DNA of 64,000 nt, taken from NCBI RefSeq assembly GCF_009914755.1, contig NC_060939.1; one strand, given 5' to 3'. Below are positions 31,891 through 43,480 of the stretch, piece after piece. The position numbers were made by a program, and so were the translations under genes. The notes beneath the pieces were generated by a model. That model did no database searches. It saw nothing but the letters and a program-made list of their open reading frames with translations, and had not been told where the DNA came from. Origin of the DNA: the human T2T-CHM13v2.0 reference genome, Homo sapiens. The number at the start of each line of letters is the position of its first letter. The stretch's first letter is position 1.

Positions 31891-32424
31891 TCAAATAGGG
31901 ACAGATGGTTAGGAATGTGTTAGGGGAATGTTTTATTTCTTTGCTTCTGTGCTCACCCACTGAAGGTATTGAGTTCTGGGATTTCTGACTTTATGCAGGG
32001 GTCTCTGGTCAGAACTCTTCCTCCAGCCCAGCTCCCCTCTTACTTTGGTCATTTGTACCCAGCATAGTTCAGTGTAACTGTGGTTCTAGGCGACTGGAAA
32101 CCAGCAGAAGCCTTCAGGACAAAATTCAGCTCACTCATACAGGATTTTGATTCCAATGGAATTTCTGCCCTCTCATTGTTTTCCTTATTTTATTGCTATC
32201 TCAGTAGAACTTTAAATAAATAAATAAAGCTAAAATTATTTTATTTGCCATTTTTATATGTAATGATCTCGGAGGGATTCTTGAACAGATGTGGTCTACA
32301 GTCTACAGCTAACATGTAGCTGCCTGCTTTCACTGTGTTCACTCTTCAGATTAATAAAATGAAAAGCAATGCTGATAATAGTGGTTTCTTTTCTTTCTGC
32401 TTTCTCCAGTAATTAGCTTATGGG

Positions 32425-32830
32425 GGACACTCAGAGGACAGGATTTAGGATCAGCAGACCTGGGTCTGCCTCCCATCTCCACTGCTAAGAGTTGAATCAG
32501 TCCATGCAGGCCACTCCCCATCCTCAGCCTTTTCTTCTGTCAAATGAACAATATAATCCCCTAGTTTTAGGGAATTTTGAGGAATACATCAGATTACCAA
32601 ATCGTGAGTTCCTTGAGCTGATAAAGAGTGAGCACTTACTGTGTGTAAGGCAACTTTCCTAAGTGCTAGGGATACAAAAGTGAACAAAACACACAAAAAA
32701 TGTGTCTGTGTGTGTGTGGGGGTTGGTGTGGATGTCCACAGGCATACATGTGTGGTAGCAGACAATAATATAAGAAAAATAAAGTAAAATATATAGTGTT
32801 TTAGGTGGTAGTAATTCCTATGTCAAACAA
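32425..32830. mobile_element. MIR (+) followed by L2 (-) fragments
   Basis: MIR-like CAGACCTGGGT...TCTGTCAAATG; L2-like GAGCACTTACTGTGTG...CTAAGTGCTAGGGATACA..AGTGAACAAAACA...GTAAAATATATAGT. Confidence 0.65.
32514..32718 (+). repeat. Inverted repeat, left arm (donor copy)
   Basis: Reverse complement of 35108-35319; about 14 substitutions plus small indels by hand alignment. Confidence 0.95.
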
Positions 32831-33453
32831 CAGCGCCGACGAAGTAGAGGGGATAGGAATGCGTGTGTATGCCTGTGTGGGCACGTTCGCTACCTCTGCA
32901 TCCCAGGCACCTAGACACGATCTGGCTCAGAGGGGAAGCTCAAAGAATGTTTGATGGATGAATTAACACTCATAGGACACTTACTACCATGCCTGGCGAA
33001 TAACAGTAGCTTTTGGTTTTAGAATGGATGCAGTTGCTATTGGGCTCCCCTCTTTATGTCCAGTTGATGCAAGTAGGTTAGGGGGTCTCTAGAGGCTCAC
33101 AAAGCTGTGCTTGGCTCAGAAGTTATCCAGATAAAAACTAGTATAGGAATCCAACTCCCCTCCTCCCTCCATCTTTCACCCCTGCAAATCTGGTGAGCTC
33201 CATGAAGCTTTCCTCCCCAGGTGACGTTGTTGCTGCTGTACTTAAGGGACAGCACAGGCCACCTGGGTGTGGGACAGAGCTGACACCTTCCTGTCTGGGC
33301 TCTTCCAGCCTTCACTCTAGAACGAAGCGGGAAGCCTCAGGTCCAAGGGGAGAGCCGCCGCAAAGGCCGCGTTGAACGCCGAGGTGCACGCGCAGGTACT
33401 GGCTAAGTGCGCGCCAGGGTGCTCGGGAGGGGGCGGGTGCGGGCCGCACTGCC

Positions 33454-34490
33454 GGGCGGGGTGCGCGAGTGAGGAGGGCGGGGTGCGCGAGAGAGGAGGG
33501 CGGGGTGCGCGAGTGAGGAGGGCGGGGTGCGCGAGTGAGGAGGGCGGGGTGCGCGAGTGAGGAGGGCGGGGGAGTGCGCGAGTGAGGAGGGCGGGGGAGT
33601 GCGCGAGTGAGGAGGGCGGGGTGCGCGAGTGAGGAGGGAGGGGTGCGCGAGTGAGGAGGGCGGGGGAGTGCGCGAGTGAGGAGGGCGGGGGAGTGCGCGA
33701 GTGAGGAGGGCGGGGGAGTGCGCGAGTGAGGAGGGCGGGGGAGTGCGCGAGTGAGGAGGGCGGGGTGCGCGAGTGAGGAGGGCGGGGGAGTGCGCGAGTG
33801 AGGAGGGCGGGGGAGTGCGCGAGTGAGGAGGGCGGGGGAGTGCGCGAGTGAGGAGGGAGGGGTGCGCGAGTGAGGAGGGCGGGGGAGTGCGCGAGTGAGG
33901 AGGGCGGGGGAGTGCGCGAGTGAGGAGGGCGGGGGAGTGCGCGAGTGAGGAGGGCGGGGTGCGCGAGAGAGGAGGGCGGGGTGCGCGAGTGAGGAGGGCG
34001 GGGGAGTGCGCGAGTGAGGAGGGCGGGGTGCGCGAGAGAGGAGGGCGGGGTGCGCGAGTGAGGAGGGCGGGGGAGTGCGCGAGTGAGGAGGGCGGGGTGC
34101 GCGAGTGAGGAGGGCGGGGGAGTGCGCGAGTGAGGAGGGCGGGGTGCGCGAGTGAGGAGGGCGGGGTGCGCGAGTGAGGAGGGCGGGGGAGTGCGCGAGT
34201 GAGGAGGGCGGGGGAGTGCGCGAGTGAGGAGGGCGGGGGAGTGCGCGAGTGAGGAGGGCGGGGGAGTGCGCGAGTGAGGAGGGAGGGGTGCGCGAGTGAG
34301 GAGGGCGGGGGAGTGCGCGAGTGAGGAGGGCGGGGGAGTGCGCGAGTGAGGAGGGCGGGGGAGTGCGCGAGTGAGGAGGGCGGGGGAGTGCGCGAGTGAG
34401 GAGGGCGGGGTGCGCGAGTGAGGAGGGCGGGGTGCGCGAGTGAGGAGGGCGGGGTGCGCGAGTGAGGAGGGCGGGGTGCGCGAGCGAGGG
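33454..34490 (+). repeat. GC-rich minisatellite (VNTR-like), 44 units of 22 or 25 bp
   Basis: GGGCGGGGTGCGCGAGTGAGGA (22 bp and variants, 21 units) and GGGCGGGGGAGTGCGCGAGTGAGGA (25 bp, 23 units); 1037 bp in total. Confidence 0.98.
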
Positions 34491-34571
34491 CGTCCGGCCG
34501 GCAGGTGGCACTGTGGCGTCGCCGTGGGCCGAGCCTGGCGAAGCGCTGCTCGCCCGAGATCGCGCAGCTTG
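34491..34571 (+). other. Candidate non-coding first exon (5' end undefined)
   Basis: Ends at TTG|GTGAGT, a consensus splice donor at the downstream edge of the CpG island. Confidence 0.45.
34496..34513 (+). promoter_or_regulatory. CTCF-like motif
   Basis: GGCCGGCAGGTGGCACTG closely matches the CTCF core CCRSYAGRKGGCRS; motif match only. Confidence 0.55.
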
Positions 34572-34985
34572 GTGAGTGGCAGCGCCTGGCTTTATACTCG
34601 CGTCTCGGACACCGATGGTCATCTTCCCACGTCCGTGACTCAGTGGCCTTCCAATGCAGGCTGCGGCCTCTCAGCCCAGAAGGCCCTGGGTTCTGGTACA
34701 GGCCTTCCTTGTGGCAGACGGAAGGAAGGCTGACAAAGGGAGTTCACCGGGTTTGCCTGACTTGCCACGCTCTTCTCTCTCCGTGCCAACTTTAACCTGG
34801 GAAGCCACACATACCTCTAGGGCCTCTGATATCTTCAGTGTCCCCAAGGCCCATGCTGCTCAGAGCCTCACGTGGCCGCAAACCCAGGTGCCAGTACTTG
34901 AGAGTTGCACCTTGAGCGGGAACTGCAGAGGGTTTTAATGGCACCAGCTCCAAACATTTCGCCCACAGCGTCTGCAGTCCTCCAC

Positions 34986-35716
34986 TGCGGAAGGCAGAAT
35001 AAACGCCCCAAGGGTGTCCACATCCTACTCCCCAGAGCCTGTGAATTTGTCCCCTTACATGGCAAAAGGGAATTACAGTTGCGGATGGAATTAAGGTAGA
35101 TTAATTGCACACACAGACAGAAACACGCATTTTTGTGTGTTTTGTTCACTGTCGTATCCCTAGCACTTAGGAAAGTTGCCTTACACACAGTAAGTGCTCA
35201 GTTAATCTTTATTGACTCAAGGAACTCACAGTTTAGTAATCCGATTTATTCCTCAAAATTCCCTAAAACTAGGGGATTATATTCTCCATCTGACAGAAGA
35301 AAAGGCTGAGGATGGGGAGCTTAATGGGTAAGGAGATTAGCCTGGGTCACCCAGGTGGGCCCAATGCAATCACCTGTCCTTATAAGGAAGAGAGGCGAGA
35401 GAAAGAAAGAGAGAGAACAGAGAACAGAGAAGGCCGACAGCACCAGGAGGTCTCAGCCCGGTTTTTCTGGCTTTGGGGATGGAGGACGGGCCACGGAACA
35501 GGGCGGCCTCTGCCTAGCAGCTGGAAAAGGTAAGGGACTAGGTTCTCCCAACGAACCTCCGGAAAGAAACGCAGCCCTGCCAGCAGCTTCATTTCAGCTC
35601 AGTGAGACCTCTTTTTACTCTTTCGACCTCCAGGACTGTAAGATCATAAACGTGTGTTGTTGGAAGCCAGCAAGTTTGTGGTAATTTGTCACAGCAGTCG
35701 TGGGCCCACTAAGACA
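34986..35716 (+). mobile_element. MLT1 (MLT1D/E-like) LTR split by a 212-bp insertion
   Basis: 5' part GTCCACATCCTA...CTTACATGGCAAAAGGGAATT...GGAATTAAGGT resumes after 35319 as GGAGATTAGCCTGG...GGTGGGCCCAATGCAATCAC and ends ACTAAGACA. Confidence 0.85.
35108..35319 (-). repeat. Inverted repeat, right arm (derived copy)
   Basis: Reverse complement of 32514-32718, inserted in the MLT1. Confidence 0.95.
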
Positions 35717-35777
35717 CCTGTCGTGGGCCTCGTGTCCAGAGGCCTCAGCTGAAATGCACTGGGGGCCTGGTGGTGTG

Positions 35778-36025
35778 TGTTAGGTCCACTTGGCTTGCTG
35801 TGTTGTTCAAGTCCTCTCATTTCCTTTCTTATCTTCTGTCTGGTTGTTCTTTCCATTATTGAAAGTGGGGGACTGAGGTCTCCGACGATTATTGTAGAAC
35901 TACTTTTCCCTCCAATTCGCTCCCTTTCTGCTTTGCATATTCTGTTAAGTGCTAAATGTTTATAACTACTTATTCTTGCTGTATTGAATCTCTTCTCAAT
36001 ATATAATGTTCTTTGTCTCTTGTAA
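35778..36025 (-). mobile_element. L1M fragment
   Basis: GTGTTGTTCAAGTCCTCT...TCCATTATTGAAAGTGGGG...TCTCC.AC.ATTATTGT, antisense L1 endonuclease region. Confidence 0.7.
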
Positions 36026-36259
36026 CCTTGGACAAGATACAGACTACTTAGACTATTGAAAATCCTGACAGTGTATTTGAAACATGCACGTGGACATGGT
36101 TTTATTTTTCTCAGTTACTGCTTTCAACTGTGTGCTGATTGAAACTCCTTTCCCCTGGATAGAAGACCTATTAAAATAACCCAACTTTATTCACTAACTT
36201 GTCAACTACTTTTGGTCAGTCAGAATTTTGTCTTTGGCCAGAGTTAATCAGCTAACCCG

Positions 36260-36413
36260 TTGTCCCCAGATCATCAGTGCAGCTTCACCTGGGTACTTCT
36301 TATAAATGCAAATTCTCAGGCCCTGCCCCAGAAACTCTGGAGGTGGCCCTGCAGTCTGTGTTTAAGAAGCCCTCCAGGGGATCCTCAGGTGTGATAAACT
36401 TTGAGAATCAGCG
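36260..36413. mobile_element. MER5A-like hAT fragment
   Basis: TCACCTGGG...AAATGCAAATTCTCAGGCCC...AAGCCCTCCAGG...TTTGAGAA. Confidence 0.7.
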
Positions 36414-37090
36414 GTAACCCATCTGCAGAGGTATTTCTATTATTTCAGTAATTATATTTTTAAAATTTTACTTTCTGGAAATACTTTTTAAAATTTACCT
36501 ATTTTTTCATGTATCTTGATTCTTTTTTTCTGTTTTTATTTCTCATTTTAGGTCTTTAGTAATTTTAAGCCAATTTATCTTGTAGGCTCTGTTTTGATCA
36601 TTCTACTGGCTTTCCATCCCTGAAGTTTATTGACTTGGAGTTGCCAGTGTTTTGTAATTTGGGATTGTGAGCTGGTCTTAATGGGGACTTCATCTATTGG
36701 AATCTTCTGTACCTTACATGAGAGTGGGTGCCTCCAGAGTGCTTTTGGGTTTGCTTCAGCCAGGTGCTTGGCGTTATCACCAGCCCAGGACTGCTTTGCA
36801 TACCAATGTTTTGACCTGGGGATTTTCTGGCCCATGCATGTCATATACAGCCTAATCCCATCACATGAGTATGGGCCTGTGATGACAAATTGATAGGAGA
36901 ATCATTTTCCCTACTCAGAGCCCAGGCCAGGTCTAATATCCCTGACATAACTGCCAGTGGGGGAACTTTCTCTAGATGATGATTACTGAGAGTGCATCCT
37001 GCCCTTGAAGGACCCCTCATTTATGAGTGTTGTGGGGCAGGTCCAAGGCTTCCTCTCCAATTCCTCACAGCATTAAAACCCAAGTCCCTA

Positions 37091-37480
<390 letters not shown>

Positions 37481-40400
37481 TCATCTTTTGGCCTTTACTT
37501 TCTGTTGAACTCTGCATTTAGAGTCTGTTCTATTGCACCAAGCAATTCTGAGCATATTGCGGTGGGTGTTGCCTTTCAGGTTACCTAGTTTCTCATATTG
37601 CTGTAAATAGAAGTCCCCTGATAGCTCATTTTGAAACGTCAATCTCTCTTCCCTTCTCCACCTAGTGCAGGCTAAACCTAGTGTTTCCATAGATGGAGAG
37701 TGGGGTAGGGGCAGTTGCACATGACTCTCCTGCTTCTTGGCACTTGCTGTTCTAATGTTGGGGTCAGGAAGAGGGGCTGGCAAGGCATGACTGTGGTGAG
37801 CTCTCCTCTTGCTTTTCGGGTGGTAACTGCTGGTCCAGCTTATTGTCCACAGCTCTGCATAGGTAGGAGGTGACCAGAAACCCTAGGCATGATGAGGTTC
37901 AGCTGCCCCTGTGGACCCCCAGATGGTGGCCTCATGGTGCGTTCTGGTGCACAGGCCTTCTGCTCCATGACGTGACCCCGTAGCCCCGGTCTCCTCTGCC
38001 GTTCAGGGCCTTCAGCCTGGGCCCTAGACACGCATGCCACATCCATCTTCTCCCCTCTTGGAACCCGAGGACTCAAAGCTCTACTGGCATCCCCTCTCCT
38101 CTGTCCTCATTTCCTGTTTCCCTGGCTACAGGAACACCTGACGATGCCCATTTGCAGCAAACCAACCATGGCTCAGAATTCCTCCAAGCTCAGTCATGCT
38201 CTGAGGGCATGTGAAAAGAATGCCCTGCAGAGGAGGAGAGATTTGTTTGTGGCCTTGATGTCATTTGAGATTCTGAGTGTCCAACTGGGGAAATCAACGT
38301 TTCCAGGTGGAAACAAAGGGGGCTGCAGAAAGCTGCCCACCCAAGCCAAGGGTCCCTGTTTTGCTGAGTCTAGCGAGGGACTTCCTGTCCCCACTGCTCC
38401 ACTCCCTCCTCCAGCCCAACTCTCCCTGAGGCAGATGGCAGCAGAGAGAGGAGCAGGGGTTTCCAGGTCAGGCGAGAGTCCTCAGTGGGAGCCTGCTGGG
38501 AGGTGGTTTTCTGCCTGAAAGCAGAAGTGGTGGTGTGACAGTCCGTGGACACCAGAGTAGGGACAGAAAAATTGTCTCAGACCCCATCTACAATAAAAAT
38601 GTATACAAAGGCCTCCCATCCTAGGGGCAGGTATGTGCCTAGAAAGTACCCCTTCTGGCTCTGCCAACAGCTGTACCAGCTTCATTTGCTGGAGGTGAAG
38701 AGGCGGCCACATGACCCTGGACTGGCCGGCGTGGTGGGGTCGGCACGCAGGTCTTGACTGCAGCAAGTTCTATGTGTTTGTGCACAATTAGCCAGATAGC
38801 CTCTCCTCTGGGGAACCAGTTCATTCCAAGCCAAGAGTAGATGAGTGGGCCCTGTGCCAGGGAGACAAATGACTGGTGACACCGTGGTGTTTCACTGAAG
38901 CTCTGCTGGGGGACCCATCACAGCCTCTGCCTGAGCTGCTGGCTTTCAAGTGCCCTGGGGCCGAGCCCTGGGAATATCCTTGTTTATCTGCAGTTGCTGG
39001 CCTGGCTCCTCTTCCCCTTTCTCTATTCCTCCCTCTCTTCTCTGGGGAGCAAGCGGCCCACCCCCACCCCTGTACCACTGGGTCCTGAATGTCCAAAAAG
39101 CCAAGGAGGTTCTGGCCTCAACTCAGCCTCTCCTTGAGGCAAATCACCTCACTTGGGAGTGGGGGTTCTTCAACTTTACACATCCCGGTTACCCAGGGGG
39201 CGTGGTGAGCATCGGATGAAAAACTGGGAGGGGGAACTTGAATGCTGCTTCTGAACGCGTATCCGGGGTGAGAGCTCATCTCCCTCCTGGATCCTGTCTT
39301 CCTGCACCAAATTGCCAAGGCCAATGCTCTGCCCCTTGGGTAGGCCAGTCCACCCCCCTTCCTGTCCACCCACCCCAGATGCCAAGTCTGTGGTGGGGTG
39401 GCCCATGCTGGGGCATGAGAAGTTTGGGGGATGAGGAGGAGAACCATATCCACCAGGGAGGACCCGGGGTGAGGAAAAGATGAGACAGGATGACACTCAG
39501 GAGAGGCCGCCTTTCAGGAGATGGACCTCAGAACGATGGCTTTTCCTTGATAACTCTAGACCTTGAGCTACACTGGCCTCTCTCTGAGCCTGCGCCAGCC
39601 ACAGGGATGTGAAGGTTGAGATATTCCATACGTGGTTGGCTGACAGGTAGCTGAGTACAGCCATTGTAGAGGGGGATCTCGCTCTGCTTAGTGACATTGA
39701 TACCTGTATCATTCAAGTGCTAGACATTTTGTTCCTGGGCATATGTCCCAAAGACTTGCACACAAAGCGACCGAGAAGTGATTTACCACAGTATTGTTTG
39801 GGGACAGTGGAGTTAGAGGCTGGCATCCATCACTGGGGAATGGGTGAGTAAAATGAGATTGTCACATGGATGACCCACAGCCACAAACAGGGTGGACACC
39901 CATCACTGTGGCTACAGCCTTAAAAATAGCGTGAGTGAGAAAAGTAAGAAGCAGGACAAAATCTCTAACACTGCATCATTTGTAGGAACCTGAAAATACA
40001 TACCTATCAATCAACTTGTCAGGTTTCTCAAGTGTGCGGAGAAAAAGAAAGATAAACATTAAATGCAACAGTAGGGATGAATGTGCAAAGGTGGGAGTGG
40101 AGAATTGGGATAAAGAGGAATAAAGTAAAGCACAGTAGGAGCAGGACCTCACATGGAGAAATTGTGCTAGCACACCATGAACTGAGCAACTGGTTGACTC
40201 TGCCCCTGAAGGAAAAGGAGCAGTTAAAGCCCTAAAGAAGTGAATGTCAGCTGCAGAGAAGGGATACGCACTATTCATCACTAAAGCATGGGCAAAACTG
40301 TGATCACAGGGCCAGCCCCTCCCTCTGCTCCCATCCACACCAACAGCACCAACTGTTGGCTAGGTCTAGAGCAGAACTCTTCCCCTTTGCCTTCTAAGAA

Positions 40401-41114
40401 CAGACTCTGAGACGTGGTGACTGCTCCAGGGCAACCTCCCTCTTCCCAAATGACACCAGAGGATCTCTTTGAGTGGTGAAGGCTCAGCATCTTCATTAGC
40501 TCTCCGATTTAGAGATGGCCAAGCTAAAATCTACAGCACCTAGCTCAGTGCCTGGCAGAAAGTTGATCCTCAAATGATGGATGGATGAATGACCATACCT
40601 GCTTGGCAGCTGCTTAGCTTTGGTTGGGCCAGAGAAGAATCAGTCAAATGATCCCTATGGTGTGCTGAACACTGCAAAGTTGCCAGAATAAGACCCTGTG
40701 CTTGCTCTTGAGGTGTTTGCCTAGTGTTTCTCAACTAGGTTACATATGTCGTGGTCCCAAAACTTGTCTTGGCCATCTAGTATGTGCTGGGCTTTTGCTA
40801 CCAGTTGGGGTAAAGAAATGAGTACAATGGGTCCTAGATACAGACATAAAACAGATAACCTGCAATATGAGGAGTGACTGAGATACGCCAAGAGTGTGGG
40901 GAGTGCAGGGAATGTAACTGGCAGGCAGTGGACCTAATGAGTGAGTCCTGAAGGTGTCAATAGCCCAAAAAACAAAATTATGAGTTAGGAAGATTTGTTC
41001 TTTTCAACTGCATATGAAAATATTTGCCAAAGAGGATCTCTACAAGTTTGAGCAGTAGCTGGTTTCTTTTTTCTTTTTCTTTCTCTCTCCCCTCGACCTT
41101 CCTTCATGGGTGAT

Positions 41115-41508
41115 TTGGGACAGAGACAATGCCATGGGCTCACCAAATCATATTTCACTTTCCTCTCCCTGGGCACATTGGAAGACTTTTCCAGCATGAC
41201 TTGTAATTAAATTGGAGCTATATGACCATAGTTTGGCCATTGTGGTGCAGGAGGAAGTAAGGTGTACAACTTTCAAGCCAGCTATAACCTCCCTTGAACC
41301 ATCATCCATTCTCTCTTGCCTTTCCACAGTGACCTCAGTGGGTATATATTTACATGGCAATGTCACAAGATGAAGCTTGGATCCCAAAGTCACCACTCAG
41401 AGAAATTGCCCAGGAGAGCTAGTCAGCCAGCACTGGGTGTGATATGAGTCACTGAGATGTGGGTTTATTTGTTCCTGCAGCAAAGCCTGTTATATCCTTA
41501 CTAATATG
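41115..41508 (+). mobile_element. Old MLT1 LTR (MLT1I/J-like)
   Basis: CACTGAGATGTGGGTTTATTTGTT.CTGCAGCA...ACTAATA terminus. Confidence 0.65.
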
Positions 41509-41576
41509 CTAGGTACACTGCTTTCCAAAGTAGCTATTTTGAGGAACCACAGCTCTTCTTAAAAAATTATGCCAAT

Positions 41577-41743
41577 TTTATTTATTTATTTATTTGAGAC
41601 AGGGTCTTGCTATGTTCCCAAGGCTGGGTTGCAGTAGCTATTCATGGATGTGATCATGGATCACTGCAGCCTGGAATTCCTGGGCTCAAGCAATCCTTTT
41701 GCCTCAGCCTCTTAAGTAGCTAGGACTGTAGGCATGTGCCACT
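41577..41743 (-). mobile_element. Alu monomer (AluJ/FRAM-like)
   Basis: Single diverged Alu arm. Confidence 0.8.
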
Positions 41744-42058
41744 AAATTTATTTTATTTCTTAACAGCTTTATTGAAATATAATTTACATACCATACTATT
41801 GACCCATTCAGAGTGTACAATTCAGTGGTTTTTGGCATATTCAAATTTATACCACCATTACCAGTCAATTTTATAACATTTTAGTCACCCCTAAAAGGAA
41901 ACTCCATCCTTATTAGCACCCAATTCTATACCCTACTACTAGGCAACAACTAATCTTCTTTCTGTCTCTATAGATTTGCCTGTTCTGTATATTTCATATA
42001 AATGGAAGCATAAAACATATGGTCTTTGTGACTGGTTTCTTTCACTCTTATCATGTGA

Positions 42059-42481
<423 letters not shown>

Positions 42482-43200
42482 TAGCATTTCCTCTACTTGT
42501 CATTTTAAAATCTTCATTGAAGAAATTCTATTTAAATCCTTTACCCATTTTTTAAATGTGGTTGTCTTTTTATTGTTGTGAGCGTTCTTTAGATGTTTTT
42601 GATGTTAGAACCTTATCAGAAATATGTCTTGCAAATACTATCAAGAAAGTTAAAATGGGAGAAAAGTATCTTTTGAAGTGAAAAGTTTTCAAGTTTTATG
42701 AAGTCCAATAGATTAATTTTTTCTTTGGTTGCTTGTGCTTCTGGTATAATAGCCAATAAACCATTATTTAATCCAAGGTCATGAAAAGGTACCTGTATTT
42801 TCAAGGAGTTTTATTACTTTGGTTCTTACATTTAAGTCTTTTTTCCATTTTGAGTTAATTTTTTGTATACGGTATAAGGTAAGGCTCTAATTCATTCTTT
42901 TGCGTGTGGATGTCCAGCTGTTCCAGCACAACATGTTGAAAACAGTATTCTTTCTCCTACTTAATGATCTTGCCACTCTTGTCAAAAATTAATTGACCAT
43001 AGATGTGCAGGTTTATTTCTGGACTCTTAATTTTATGCCATTCATCTATATATGTATCCTTATGCCTGAACCACACTGTGTTGATTACTGTAACATAACC
43101 CCACTGACACTGGGAAGTACAAGTCCTCCCACCTTGTTTCTCTTTTTCAAGATTGTTTTGGCTATTTTGGGCCACTTACATATCCATATGAATTTTAGGA

Positions 43201-43480
43201 TTTTTCTTTCCGTTGTTGCCCAGGCTGGAGTGTAGTGGTGCAATCATTGCTTACTGTAGAGTCAATCTCCTGGGCTCCCACCCCAGCCTCCTGAGGAGCT
43301 GTGATTACAGGTGCATGCCACTGCACTGGCTAATTTTATTATCTCTATTTTTATATACATGGGTTGAGGGGGGGGATCTCTCTTTGTTGCCCAGGCTGGT
43401 CTTGAACTGACTTCAAGTGATCTTCCCACCTCAGCCTCCCAAACTGCTGGGATTACAGGCATGAGCCACCATGCCTAGCC
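43201..43480 (-). mobile_element. Alu (AluJ-like)
   Basis: Diverged Alu; flanks TGAATTTTAGGA and TGAATTTTAGAA. Confidence 0.88.

Larger units (their letters stand above)
33320..34700. promoter_or_regulatory. CpG island / candidate TATA-less promoter
   Basis: Very high GC and CpG density in both the tandem array and its unique flanks; many GGGCGG boxes. Confidence 0.8.

Noticed and set aside
33454-34490. CRISPR-like array
   Set aside because: Units are head-to-tail with no unique spacers, and the context is primate DNA.
33312-34622. 436-aa ORF as a conventional CDS
   Set aside because: Its length is explained by a stop-free tandem repeat strand and it has no domain similarity; kept only as a low-ranked hypothesis.
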